A DNA stretch of 64,000 bases from Candidatus Rariloculaceae bacterium (GTDB lineage Bacteria; Pseudomonadota; Gammaproteobacteria; Steroidobacterales; Rariloculaceae). The translations under genes and the position numbers were made by a program. The stretch covers positions 5,015,989 through 5,079,988 of the forward strand of contig OZ253541.1 in the NCBI GenBank assembly GCA_965262365.1, written 5' to 3'. Within the stretch, counting starts at the first letter, position 1. Every line of letters begins with the position of its first letter. This document shows, in pieces, positions 20,388 to 29,212 of this stretch. The notes below the pieces were generated by a model that saw only the letters and a program-made list of their open reading frames with translations, was not told where the DNA came from and searched no databases.

Positions 20388-22414
20388 CCCGACTTCCGCA
20401 ACTCGACCGAGTTTTGATCGAATTTCATCGTGATTTGGGTGCCGAAGCTGACGTAACGCCCTGTTTTCATTGAATCGAGCCGCACGATCTGGGCTGTAGT
20501 GCCGACCTAACCCCTTGATTTGTTTGGTGGTTGGGGCATGCTATGGGTCCATGTTCGTACGGGCCAAGAGACGCTTCAAGGACGGCAAGGAACACCGCTA
20601 CTGGAGCGTGGTGGAGAACGTTCGCAACCGCGACGGGCGGGTCGTTCAGCGTCAGGTGCTGTACCTGGGCGAGATCAACGATCGTCAGCGCGCGGCGTGG
20701 TGCCGTTCGATCGAGGTGTTGCAGGGAGATTCCGGGTCCGGATCGATGGCGCTGTTCGCCGAAGACGGCGAGGCGCCGGAGCTGGCCTGCGAGGTGGTGC
20801 GGATCCAGGTCAAGGCGCTGAGTTTACACCGACCGCGGCAGTGGGGCGCGTGCTGGCTGGCGCTGACGTTGTGGGATCGGCTGGAGCTGGATCGATTTTG
20901 GCGTACCCGGCTGCCGTCGAGCCGTCAGGGCACACGCTGGCTGGACGTGTTGAAGACGTTGGTGTGTTATCAGCTGATCGATCCGGGCAGCGAATGGCGG
21001 TTGCATCGGCATTGGTACGGTCACAGCGCGATGCGCGACTTGCTGGGCAGTCCGATGGCGGTCATCGCCAACGATACGCTGTACCGCTGTCTGGACAAGC
21101 TGGCGGCGCACAAGCGGGCGTTTTTCTCGTTTTTGCGGGCGCGTTGGGAGACGTTGTTCGACGCGCGCTTCGACGTCCTGCTGTACGACCTGACCTCCAC
21201 CTATTTTGAGAGCGATCCAACGTTTTCGGACAAGCGCCGGTTCGGATACAGCCGCGACAAGCGCTCGGACTGCGTGCAGGTGGTGATCGCCCTGATCGTG
21301 ACCCCGCAGGGGTTTCCGCTGGCCTACGAGGTGATGCCGGGCAACACGTCCGACAAGACCACGTTGGCGGACTTTCTGGAAAAGATCGAGGCGCAGTACG
21401 GGCGATCGGACCGGGTCTGGATCATGGACCGTGGCATTCCCACCGAAGAGACTCTGGAGGCGATGCGCACGGGGCCGGCGCCGGTGCATTACCTGGTGGG
21501 CACGCCCAAGGGCCGATTGACGAAACTGGAGAAGGCGTTCGTGGGCAAGCCTTGGCGGCAGGTTCGCGAGTCGGTGGAGGTGAAGCTGTTGAGCGAGGAC
21601 GGGGAACTGTACGTCCTGGCCCAGAGCCGGGCGCGGGTGTTGAAGGAGCGCGGCATGCGCCGGCGCCGATTGAAGAAGCTGTGGCGGCGGTTGCACGAGT
21701 TGCGCGACCAATCGCTGAAGCGCGACGAGTTGCTGCTGAAGCTGGGCGCGGCGAAGAAGGAGGCCGGCCGCGCTTGGCACTTGGTCGAGATCGGTCTGCC
21801 CAAGGCTCGCGAAGCGGTCACCGCCGAGACGTTCACGTTCTCATTGCGGCGCCAGCGGCTGCGCCAAGCCCGGCGCCGCGAGGGCCGGTATCTGCTGCGT
21901 TCCAACCTCACCGGCGAGGACCCGGCGACATTGTGGCGCTACTACATGCAGCTCTGCGAGATCGAGCAGGCGTTCAAGGAACTGAAGCACGATCTGGCCA
22001 TCCGGCCGATCTTCCATCAGCGCGAGGATCGGATCGAGGCGCACATCTTCGTCGCCTTCATCGCGTACTGTCTGCACGTGACGTTGAAAAACCTGGCCCG
22101 ACCGCGGGCGCCGGGGCTGACGCCCCGGGCGATCCTGGAGAAGTTCGCCACCATGCAGATGGTCGATGTGCATCTGCCGACCACCGACGGACGGTACCTG
22201 ATCCTGCCCCGACATACTCAACCGCAACGGGAACACCAACTCCTGCTGGATCAACTCAAACTGCGTTTGCCGGAACAACCGACACCCAGAATCCTCGCCT
22301 GAATCGACGGCCACACCGCTTGCCAGTCGGTGCCTTGTAGTGCCGACCTACGGCTCTGGACAACAATAAATCAATGACTTGCGCCCGTTTTGGCGCTGAG
22401 TTGCGGAAGTCGGG
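20388..22414 (+). mobile_element. Complete IS1634-family insertion sequence
   Basis: 17-bp perfect IR CCCGACTTCCGCAACTC; flanking TTAG duplication (20384-87 and 22415-18); internal 15-bp direct repeat TGTAGTGCCGACCTA at 20495 and 22336. Confidence 0.9.
20551..22302 (+). CDS. IS1634-family transposase
   Basis: LYDLTSTYFE, FGYSRDKRSD, MDRG, IEQAFKELK..LAIRPIFH. Confidence 0.93.
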   Translation: MFVRAKRRFKDGKEHRYWSVVENVRNRDGRVVQRQVLYLGEINDRQRAAWCRSIEVLQGDSGSGSMALFAEDGEAPELACEVVRIQVKALSLHRPRQWGACWLALTLWDRLELDRFWRTRLPSSRQGTRWLDVLKTLVCYQLIDPGSEWRLHRHWYGHSAMRDLLGSPMAVIANDTLYRCLDKLAAHKRAFFSFLRARWETLFDARFDVLLYDLTSTYFESDPTFSDKRRFGYSRDKRSDCVQVVIALIVTPQGFPLAYEVMPGNTSDKTTLADFLEKIEAQYGRSDRVWIMDRGIPTEETLEAMRTGPAPVHYLVGTPKGRLTKLEKAFVGKPWRQVRESVEVKLLSEDGELYVLAQSRARVLKERGMRRRRLKKLWRRLHELRDQSLKRDELLLKLGAAKKEAGRAWHLVEIGLPKAREAVTAETFTFSLRRQRLRQARRREGRYLLRSNLTGEDPATLWRYYMQLCEIEQAFKELKHDLAIRPIFHQREDRIEAHIFVAFIAYCLHVTLKNLARPRAPGLTPRAILEKFATMQMVDVHLPTTDGRYLILPRHTQPQREHQLLLDQLKLRLPEQPTPRILA

Positions 22415-22699
22415 TTAGAGGCCGCTCGTTTGCGACACGACCGTGGGTCCTAGGAATGCTACTGAAGCGCTTGGGGCGCCGCCTCAGTCGGCGCTAGGGA
22501 TCATCATCGACAACGTGCCGCCGAAGTTAGCGTCCGGACTGAACAGCGTTCAGTTCGATTTTCGCTCCATTTGCAGGATGATATCCGCCACGCTCATCGC
22601 AGCCCCGCCGCTCAACATTCCACCTATTCGCCCGAGCGCATCCACAAGGCGATGCAGTCGGCGAGCGGTGCGCGGCCAGGGAATCGCGGATCGTTCCGG

Positions 22700-22905
22700 A
22701 TTCCGAGTCGGCCAATTCCGCAGCGGCAGCATCCCAGTTCGGCGGGTCTGATCGCACTGCCGTGAGCACGTCCCCGAATCCAGCGCACGCGGCGGCGAAG
22801 CACAGCCAGTAGAGTGCGTCGCGCCGGGCAGGCGCCATCGCGTCCAAGCGCCCGCCGAGCAGCCGGCGCGCCTCGATTTCCGCTTTCTCGATATCCTCGT
22901 CCCGC
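22700..22905 (-). pseudogene. Possible phage lysozyme (T4-like) C-terminal fragment
   Basis: DIEKAEIEARRL...RRDAL...WDAAAAELADS pattern. Confidence 0.35.
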
Positions 22906-22919
22906 AGCGCCGCCATCTC

Positions 22920-23150
22920 CACCCTCGTCGGCCAGCGCCTGCAGCGCCGCCAGGCGCCGGCCGCCCGCGACAACCTCGTAGCGGCCGGCACCGTCGTCAG
23001 CCTGATCGGCGGGCTGCACAAGGAGATTCTCAAGCAACCCGTGGGCGGCGATGGAGGTCTTGAGCTGTTGGAACGCCGAGCCTTCGGCGGGCGTCTTTCT
23101 GACGTTGAGCGGCGACGGGATCAGCGAATGAAGGGGAATGCAGCGCATGG
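22920..23150 (-). pseudogene. ParB N-terminal fragment (paralog of 47328)
   Basis: SPLNVRKT..LKTSIAAHGLLENLLV..YEVVAGGRRLAAL. Confidence 0.8.
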
Positions 23151-23404
23151 TGAACCGCGCCCGCGGAACCTGCGTCAGGATCGTCTCCCACTGCTTGTAC
23201 ATCTCCACGTGCAAGTGGGGGCGCAAAAACCCCATTGCGAAGAAAGCCTCGAAGCGCTCGTAGCCCGTGAGGATGGGGCGCCCCTGTCGCAGGTTGGCGG
23301 CCATCGTCAGCGCCAGGCGCCCGCCGTCGAGCGACAGCGACGCGCTGCGCAGCGGCTGCGCCGCTGCTCACCTGCGCCGGCAACAGACCTTTCGGTCCCT
23401 TCCG

Positions 23405-23541
23405 GTGCGGGACGCGGCGGCCGAGCGGTACCGCTCCGACACCGGGAACATGTGGCGCCCGAGGCACGGCTCGCACACCTCCCGCACCGCCAAGCTCACC
23501 TCCGCGGCCATCGACGCGCGGGACTTCCTCCGCGCCCGAGA
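23405..23541 (+). pseudogene. Internal fragment of a DUF2493-type gene (paralog of 61443), cut by the transposon end
   Basis: RDAAAERYR.DTGNMWRPRHGSHTSRTAKLTSAAIDARDFLRARD is near-identical to 61840-61975. Confidence 0.8.
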
Positions 23542-24363
23542 TGTTGTTGGTCAGACTAGACCGACACGGTTTTGTCGGATTATCCGGTCACGGTTGAGAC
23601 TGGAATGGTCACATTATTTTGTTGTTGCCGACCATCGCAGGCCGGCCGTGGCGACGGCGGTTGGGTGATGGAGGGGCACGACCCGGTCCGATCCGAAGGA
23701 TTGGCCGGGCGTTGGCGGGTCCGTTTGGGCGCGGATTCAGAACGGGCGGGGTTCGCCGAACAGGTGCAGCTGGCGTTCGTGGCAGGACTCGGCGGGGCAC
23801 GGGGGCGGCCGGATGGATTCTGCGTGGCGCCTGATCTGGCCGTAGTAGCGACCTTCGAAGTCATAGGCGATGCGTTGAAGGCACTCGGCCATGTGCGCGG
23901 CGGCCTCGTCGCTGATCTGCCCGGGCCGGGGATCGGGATCGATCATGGCCGCAGATCCTCGACGGCGCGGGCCAGGTGTTCGGCGTCCACGGTACGCGCT
24001 TGCTCGACCGCCGCGGCCGAGAGCGCGTAGTGGGCGATGCGGTTGATGAGCCGCGGCAGTCCGCGGGCGGCCTGGTACAGCGCCTCGATGGCGGGGGGAT
24101 CGAACAGGGGCATTTCGCACCCGGCCAAGCGCAGCCGGTGGGCGAGGTAGGGGTCCAGTTCCTCGCGCTCCAGCCCGCGCAGGTGGTGTTGAACGATGAG
24201 TCGCTGTTGCATCGATTCGTGCACGGCCATGCTCAGGCGCCGGCGCAGTTCGGTCAGTCCGATGAGCACCAGGCACAGCCTGGGGGCGGAGTCCATGTCG
24301 AAGTTGGTCAGCAGCCTGAGGTCCTCGATCACGTCGGCTCTGAGGTGGTGAGCCTCGTCGATG
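23542..24363 (-). mobile_element. Partial inverted copy of the 1-3465 transposon (right end, small ORF, 3' half of the ATPase)
   Basis: Starts TGTTGTTGGTCAGAC; near-identical to the reverse complement of ~2646-3465. Confidence 0.9.
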
Positions 24364-24695
24364 CCGTACGCGCCTCAATGGCCCTCTTGCCCGACCGGCC
24401 GCACCCGCCCTCGCGAGCGCCCGGCCTTCGGACCGCTTCTCCCACCGGCTTGCGCCCGCTCGCCAGCGCTCGGAACGCGAGTCTCGCGCACGTTCGCTTC
24501 CAACGAATCCTCGACCGCCGGCCGCTCTGGCGTTGTTGTCCCGTATCTGCGCCCAGGCATCGCCCGGAGCACGGGTTCGGCGGCGGTCGGGACGATGGCC
24601 GGTGTCCGGAGCCCTCCGAGGCCTCTTGCGCCACGTCGTTGCGGGCGGGAACGCTGTGGCAGGCCAACTGCAGCACAGGCTGCAACCGCCGCAAA

Positions 24696-25159
24696 CGCGC
24701 TGTCGATGAGCGATCGGGAGCGGCCGTCTGCGGTTGAGACGATTGAGGGTGGCGCGCCATTGCTGCTCGGCGCTGGGGAATCGCGGCGGCGCCTGACGGA
24801 GCGGGCGCGCGAGGCGGTGCCGGAGACATTGCTGACCTCGGACGAACTGGCCCGCGCAAGCCGGGCTGAAGTCCCGCCAGTCGGTCCATGACTGGCGGAA
24901 GAAGGGCAGGATCGTCGGGTGGCAGAATGCCAGGCGGGGTTATGTCTTCCCCGCCGCGCAGTTCGACGGGCGCAACCGTTCGCTGCCGGGCCTGGACCGC
25001 ATTGTAGGGCAGTTCGGCGACGGCTATGCCGCGTGGGTCTGGCTGACGACACCACGGCCGTCGCTTGACGGGGCGATGCCGCTCGAGCTCTTGGCTCGCG
25101 GCGAGATCGACCGTGTGACGGACGCGCTAAGGGGAGACCGGCAAGGCGACTCTGCGTGA
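24696..25159 (+). pseudogene. Third copy of the Xre/MbcA-type antitoxin, with 5' deletion and frameshift; followed by a ~12-codon RES stub
   Basis: Homologous to 8095-8593; frame break at ~24851-24860. Confidence 0.75.
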
Positions 25160-25372
25160 GCCGCGGCTACGACCCGGATCGGCTGCGCGCAGGGCCGCGG
25201 CAGGAGTGCGTTTCTCGCTGCAATTCTTCCAGCACTCCATTTTCAGCCCCGCCGGACCTTCGTCCAAAAACGTTGCCTACCGTCCGAAAAGCGTCTCGGT
25301 GACACCGCCGACGAAGCCTCGGCACGTCCAGACCTTATAAAGCGATCTCGCAATGCAATCCGACGCAAAGGC

Positions 25373-25624
25373 TCAGCGGCGTTCTCGGGGCCGGGCCTCG
25401 TTAACATTCAGTGCGCGACCGTCCAGGCTCTTGCCGTTGAGTTGCGCGACCGCCGCTTCGGCCTCAGCCTGGTTCGGCATCTCGACAAAACCGAACCCTC
25501 TGGCCCGTCCGGTTTCACGGTCAGTCAGGACGTTGACGGAGGACACCTCACCGAACTCTGCGAAGGCATCGCGCAATTCGGACTCCGTCAAGGAATAGGA
25601 TAAATTTCCGACATATATATTCAT
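25373..25624 (-). CDS. RRM RNA-binding protein (copy 2)
   Basis: One aa difference (A/E) from the 9210 copy. Confidence 0.93.
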   Translation of the reverse strand: MNIYVGNLSYSLTESELRDAFAEFGEVSSVNVLTDRETGRARGFGFVEMPNQAEAEAAVAQLNGKSLDGRALNVNEARPRERR

Positions 25625-25834
25625 CAGGACAAGCTCTCTCGCCGCACATCGTTTGAAAAGCCACTTGATCGACAGCGTGAGATCGAGCGCTCGATGAGCC
25701 CGCTTCACCTCGAAGCCGACTCTTAACCGTCCATTGCCTGGCATCCACCCGCCAAGAATGACTCGCCACTGTAAGGGAAAACCAACGGGGGGAGCAACAT
25801 CCGCTCGCCCTATCGACATCGCCTTTCCGTGGGT

Positions 25835-25985
25835 AAGCGCACAAACCTTTCCGGTCGCAACCTTGACCGCAAACGGGTAATCGAGCGGATACTCGTATCC
25901 CGAGCAAAAGTTGATCCACATGGCCTCGGCCTGGTGCATCGGCACCACTACGCCGCCGCGACGAAGCCACGCGTCGGGTAGAGGT
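25835..25985 (-). pseudogene. Internal fragment of a conserved hypothetical gene
   Basis: WLRRGGVVVPMHQAEAMWINF...YPFAVKVATGK reads as a real protein segment with no start or end of its own. Confidence 0.4.
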
Positions 25986-26170
25986 CGTGGCCATGCCCCG
26001 GCGATGTCCACTCTCGCGGATACTCGTTGACCGATCCATACGGGCTTCCGCAATAGCGGACCATGCCTTGATCGCGTTGCGCCGCACGACCGTTGTTTCC
26101 ATCGCCAATCCGGACGTTTCCGCCGGTTTCGAACATCGACAACGACACGAGTGTCTCCACAATGGGGGCC

Positions 26171-26368
26171 ATGCTGGATTGGACTGACTCCGACCTTCTT
26201 ATGCTGGCACGGCTTTACCTACAGAACGAAAGATCATTCGTTGTTCGGCGTTGCGTTCAACGGTACGCGGCCGGGGAGTTGACCGCGCGGGAGGCCGTCC
26301 TGCGTATTTGCGAGCACCCCGGTGAGCGCGACGACGAGCGTTTCCAGGACGATCCGCTGCCTCGCTAG
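26171..26368 (+). CDS. Small hypothetical protein
   Basis: ORF only (MLDWTDSDLL...). Confidence 0.35.
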   Translation: MLDWTDSDLLMLARLYLQNERSFVVRRCVQRYAAGELTAREAVLRICEHPGERDDERFQDDPLPR

Positions 26369-26738
26369 ATCCGCATCGGCGCTTCTTCGTTCGCAGCCTT
26401 CCTGGGGACCGGCGTTGGCACAACCCGCCTCGCATCAGGGCCGAGCTCGCCGGTCCAGATCCTGCACCGACCGGACTTCCGGTCGGTCCTACCCAGGGTG
26501 ACCAATGGCCGGGACGCGGGAGCGTCTCCTGGCAATCCTTTCATTGTTCGTTTCACCGGAGCTTCGGCCCACGGCTGACGGCGACGCACTCTCGACTCGC
26601 CCCACCGAGGGCGGCGGGCGGCCCGGAGGGGTGAGTCGCAGTGGGCGGCGGGGGTTCACGCGCCGGTCAAGTGCCCCGGATGAATCCCCTTCGTTCGCCC
26701 TGCCGCCTTCACCTGACCCGTTGAGGAGCCCATCGACC

Positions 26739-27116
26739 ATGCCCGCATCCAAAACTGTCCCTGCAAGCGCTGCCCCCGCGAACGCAAACCGCTTTCAATC
26801 GATCTCGCCCGCCTCGTTGTCGAGGACCGAGAAATCCTCCGTAATAAAGCTCGCGCTTGCCGTGCTGTCGGCGCGCTACTGCCCGGGCCGCGCGTTCAAC
26901 TCTCCCGAGGACATAGAAGCGTTTCTGCGCCTGAAACTCACAGGCCGCCGCAACGAGGTGTTCGGCATCGTTTATCTCGACACCCGCCACCGCCTGATCG
27001 AGATCGCCGAACTGTTCAACGGCACCGTCGACGGGGCGGCCGTGTACCCGCGCGTGGTCGTGCAGCAGGCGCTTGAGAAAAACGCCGCCGCGGTGATGTT
27101 TTTTCATAATCACCCC
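26739..27116 (+). pseudogene. radC: radC-1 (backbone JAB-domain gene), 5' part up to HNHP; 3' part at 47013-47165
   Basis: GAGGAG RBS; EVFGIVYLD, LFNGTVD, VYPRVV, HNHP, then foreign sequence. Confidence 0.92.
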
Positions 27117-27142
27117 TTAGGTGGAAAACAGGTTGTCAACCT
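27117..27142. repeat. Terminal imperfect inverted repeat of element A (partner 46986-47012)
   Basis: TTAGGTGGAAAACAGGTTGTCAACCT versus reverse complement TTAGGTTGCATTCACGGTTGTAAACCT. Confidence 0.8.
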
Positions 27143-27505
27143 ACCAATGATCAGCTCTGTTCTGCGCAAAATACTTGGGGATGATCGTATGCAATTACGC
27201 CAACACCTGACGGCTTAGAGTTCCTGCGGGCGTTTAGATTGGTTGATGCGCGTACCGTCGAGTTAACTTCCGCCAGTCTCCGAAATCCCAAACGTCATGC
27301 GTAGTCATCGAAACCATCGGTGCCTCACAGGTCATTTGTGCCATCCAGCCGCTCCACTGCCCTGCGGCCTGCGGAGCCGGAGGGCGGCGTTGGCCGGGCG
27401 AAATCCGGTGCTTCGCGAGGCTTCTCGCCACGCAGAAAACCCGGACGATTTTCATCATCCCATCGTTCGGCGTCCCTCCAGGGCGTTTCCAGGAGCACAC
27501 AGCCA

Positions 27506-27868
27506 ATGCCCGCATCGAAAACCGCCCCCGCAAGCGACAACCGCTTTCAATCGCTTTCCCCCGCCGCATTGTCCAAAAGCGAGAAGTCCTCCGTGGTGAC
27601 GCTCGCCCTCAAGGTGTTGTCCCAGCGCTTCCGCCCCGGCCGCGCGTTCACCTCGCCCGAGGACATCGAAGGGTATCTCCGCCTCAAACTCACCGGGCGG
27701 CGCAACGAGGTGTTCGGCATCATCTACCTCGACACCAGGCATCGCCTGATCACGATCGAGGAACTCTTCCAGGGCACCATCGACGGGGCGGCCGTGTACC
27801 CGCGCGTGGTCGTGCAGCAGGCGCTGGAAAAGAACGCCGCTGCTGTAGTGGTATACCACAATCATCCC
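27506..27868 (+). pseudogene. radC: radC-2 (cargo of element A), 5' part up to HNHP; 3' part at 34479-34631
   Basis: AGGAG RBS; same motifs as radC-1; interrupted at the same codons. Confidence 0.92.
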
Positions 27869-27894
27869 TTAGGTGGAAAACAAAGTGTCAACCT
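27869..27894. repeat. Terminal imperfect inverted repeat of element B (partner 34452-34478)
   Basis: TTAGGTGGAAAACAAAGTGTCAACCT; the partner end is identical to that of element A. Confidence 0.8.
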
Positions 27895-28257
27895 GCCAAC
27901 GATCGGCTCCGTTCTGCGCAAAATTTTTGGGGACGATCGTATGCAATTACGCCAACGCCTGACGGCTTGGAGTTCCCGCGGGCGTTTGAATTGGTTGATG
28001 TGCGTACCGTCGAGTTGACTTCCGCCAGGCTCCGCAATCCTGATCGTCATGCCTAGTCATCGAAACCATCGGTGCCTCACGGGTCATTTGCGCCATCCAG
28101 CCGCTCCACTGCCCTGCGGCCTGCGGAGCCGGAGGGCGGCGTTGGCCGGGCGAGGTCGGGTGCTTCGCGAGGCTTCCCGCCACGCAGAAAACCCGGACGA
28201 GTCTCATCATCCCATCTTTCGGCGTCCCTCCAGGGCGTGTCCAGGAGCCCACAGCCA

Positions 28258-28767
28258 ATGCCCGCATCGAAAACCGCCCCCGCAGGCGACAACCGCTTTG
28301 AATCGCTATCGCCCGCTGCATTGTCCAAGAGCGAGAAGTCCTCCGTTGTGACGCTCGCCCTCAAGGTGTTGTCCCAGCGCTTCCGCCCCGGCCGCGCGTT
28401 CACTTCGCCCGAGGACATCGAAGGTTATCTGCGCCTCAAACTCACCGGGCGGCGCAACGAGGTGTTCGGCATCATCTACCTCGACACCCGGCATCGCCTG
28501 ATCGAAATCGCCGAACTCTTCCAGGGCACCATCGACGGGGCGGCCGTGTACCCGCGCGTGGTCGTGCAGCAGGCGCTCGACAAGAACGCCGCGGCCGTTG
28601 TGATTTTTCATAATCACCCATCAAAAATTTCAGAACCGAGCGATGCCGACCGCAGCATCACGCTGAAGCTCGGCAAGGCGCTGGCGCTGATTGACGTGCG
28701 CCTGCTCGATCACCTCGTCGTCACCGACGGTGACGTGGTCTCGTTCGCGCAACGCGGGCTGATATGA
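28258..28767 (+). CDS. radC: radC-3, intact JAB/MPN-domain protein (169 aa), cargo of element B
   Basis: E...HNHPS...EPSDAD...LLDHLVV; AGGAG RBS; unoccupied site CACCCA at 28615-28620. Confidence 0.93.
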   Translation: MPASKTAPAGDNRFESLSPAALSKSEKSSVVTLALKVLSQRFRPGRAFTSPEDIEGYLRLKLTGRRNEVFGIIYLDTRHRLIEIAELFQGTIDGAAVYPRVVVQQALDKNAAAVVIFHNHPSKISEPSDADRSITLKLGKALALIDVRLLDHLVVTDGDVVSFAQRGLI

Positions 28768-28783
28768 CCGAGCGTTTCGGCAA

Positions 28784-29212
28784 CTAGTTGCCAGGGTTCG
28801 ACACCGGTTCCAGTCGCACGGATGCCAACTTCGTTTTGCTGCCACGACGAAGTGCGGCGAGTTCTCCCTCGCGTCTCTGAAGCAAGATCCGACTCTCGGA
28901 CCAAGCCCCAAAGTAGTGGTCGACGAGTGCTGCAAGTTGGCCGAGTTGAGTTCGCAATGCAGCGTTCTCTTCACGCAAGGCTGTCAAGGCCTGTTGGCTT
29001 GGTGCCGCTCTTCGCCAGTGTTTATGCTGCCATTTGTGCAGCGCGTGCACTACGCTCGGGTGGTAGCGGTAGAGCGTGGTACGCGAGACGCCGGCAATCC
29101 GACACAGCGCTGTTGCGGTTGGTTTGCCGGGCAGGGTACCGGAAGCGTGTTGAGCAATCAGTTGCGACAACGCCCGTTGAAGTCGTTGTTCCGTCGATAC
29201 GTTATCGGCCAT
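28784..29212 (-). CDS. TnpC/Srap-like accessory protein (HTH plus coiled coil) of element B
   Basis: TATALCRIAGVSRTTLYRYHP HTH; LREENAALRTQLGQL coil; last gene of the recombinase operon. Confidence 0.75.
   Translation of the reverse strand: MADNVSTEQRLQRALSQLIAQHASGTLPGKPTATALCRIAGVSRTTLYRYHPSVVHALHKWQHKHWRRAAPSQQALTALREENAALRTQLGQLAALVDHYFGAWSESRILLQRREGELAALRRGSKTKLASVRLEPVSNPGN

Noticed and set aside
3466-23541. Composite transposon bounded by the two copies of the DDE/ExeA element
   Set aside because: Two right ends face inward, the second copy is truncated, and the flanks (ACGCC vs TCTCG) share no duplication.
27117-27218. Novel alternative RadC C-terminus (LGGKQVVNLP...)
   Set aside because: It is read-through into the element's terminal sequence. 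The stop position differs between copies and the JAB Asp is lost.
26739-28767. Simple tandem triplication of radC
   Set aside because: The missing 3' halves occur at 34479 and 47013, each directly after an element end. The pattern is nested insertion, not tandem duplication.
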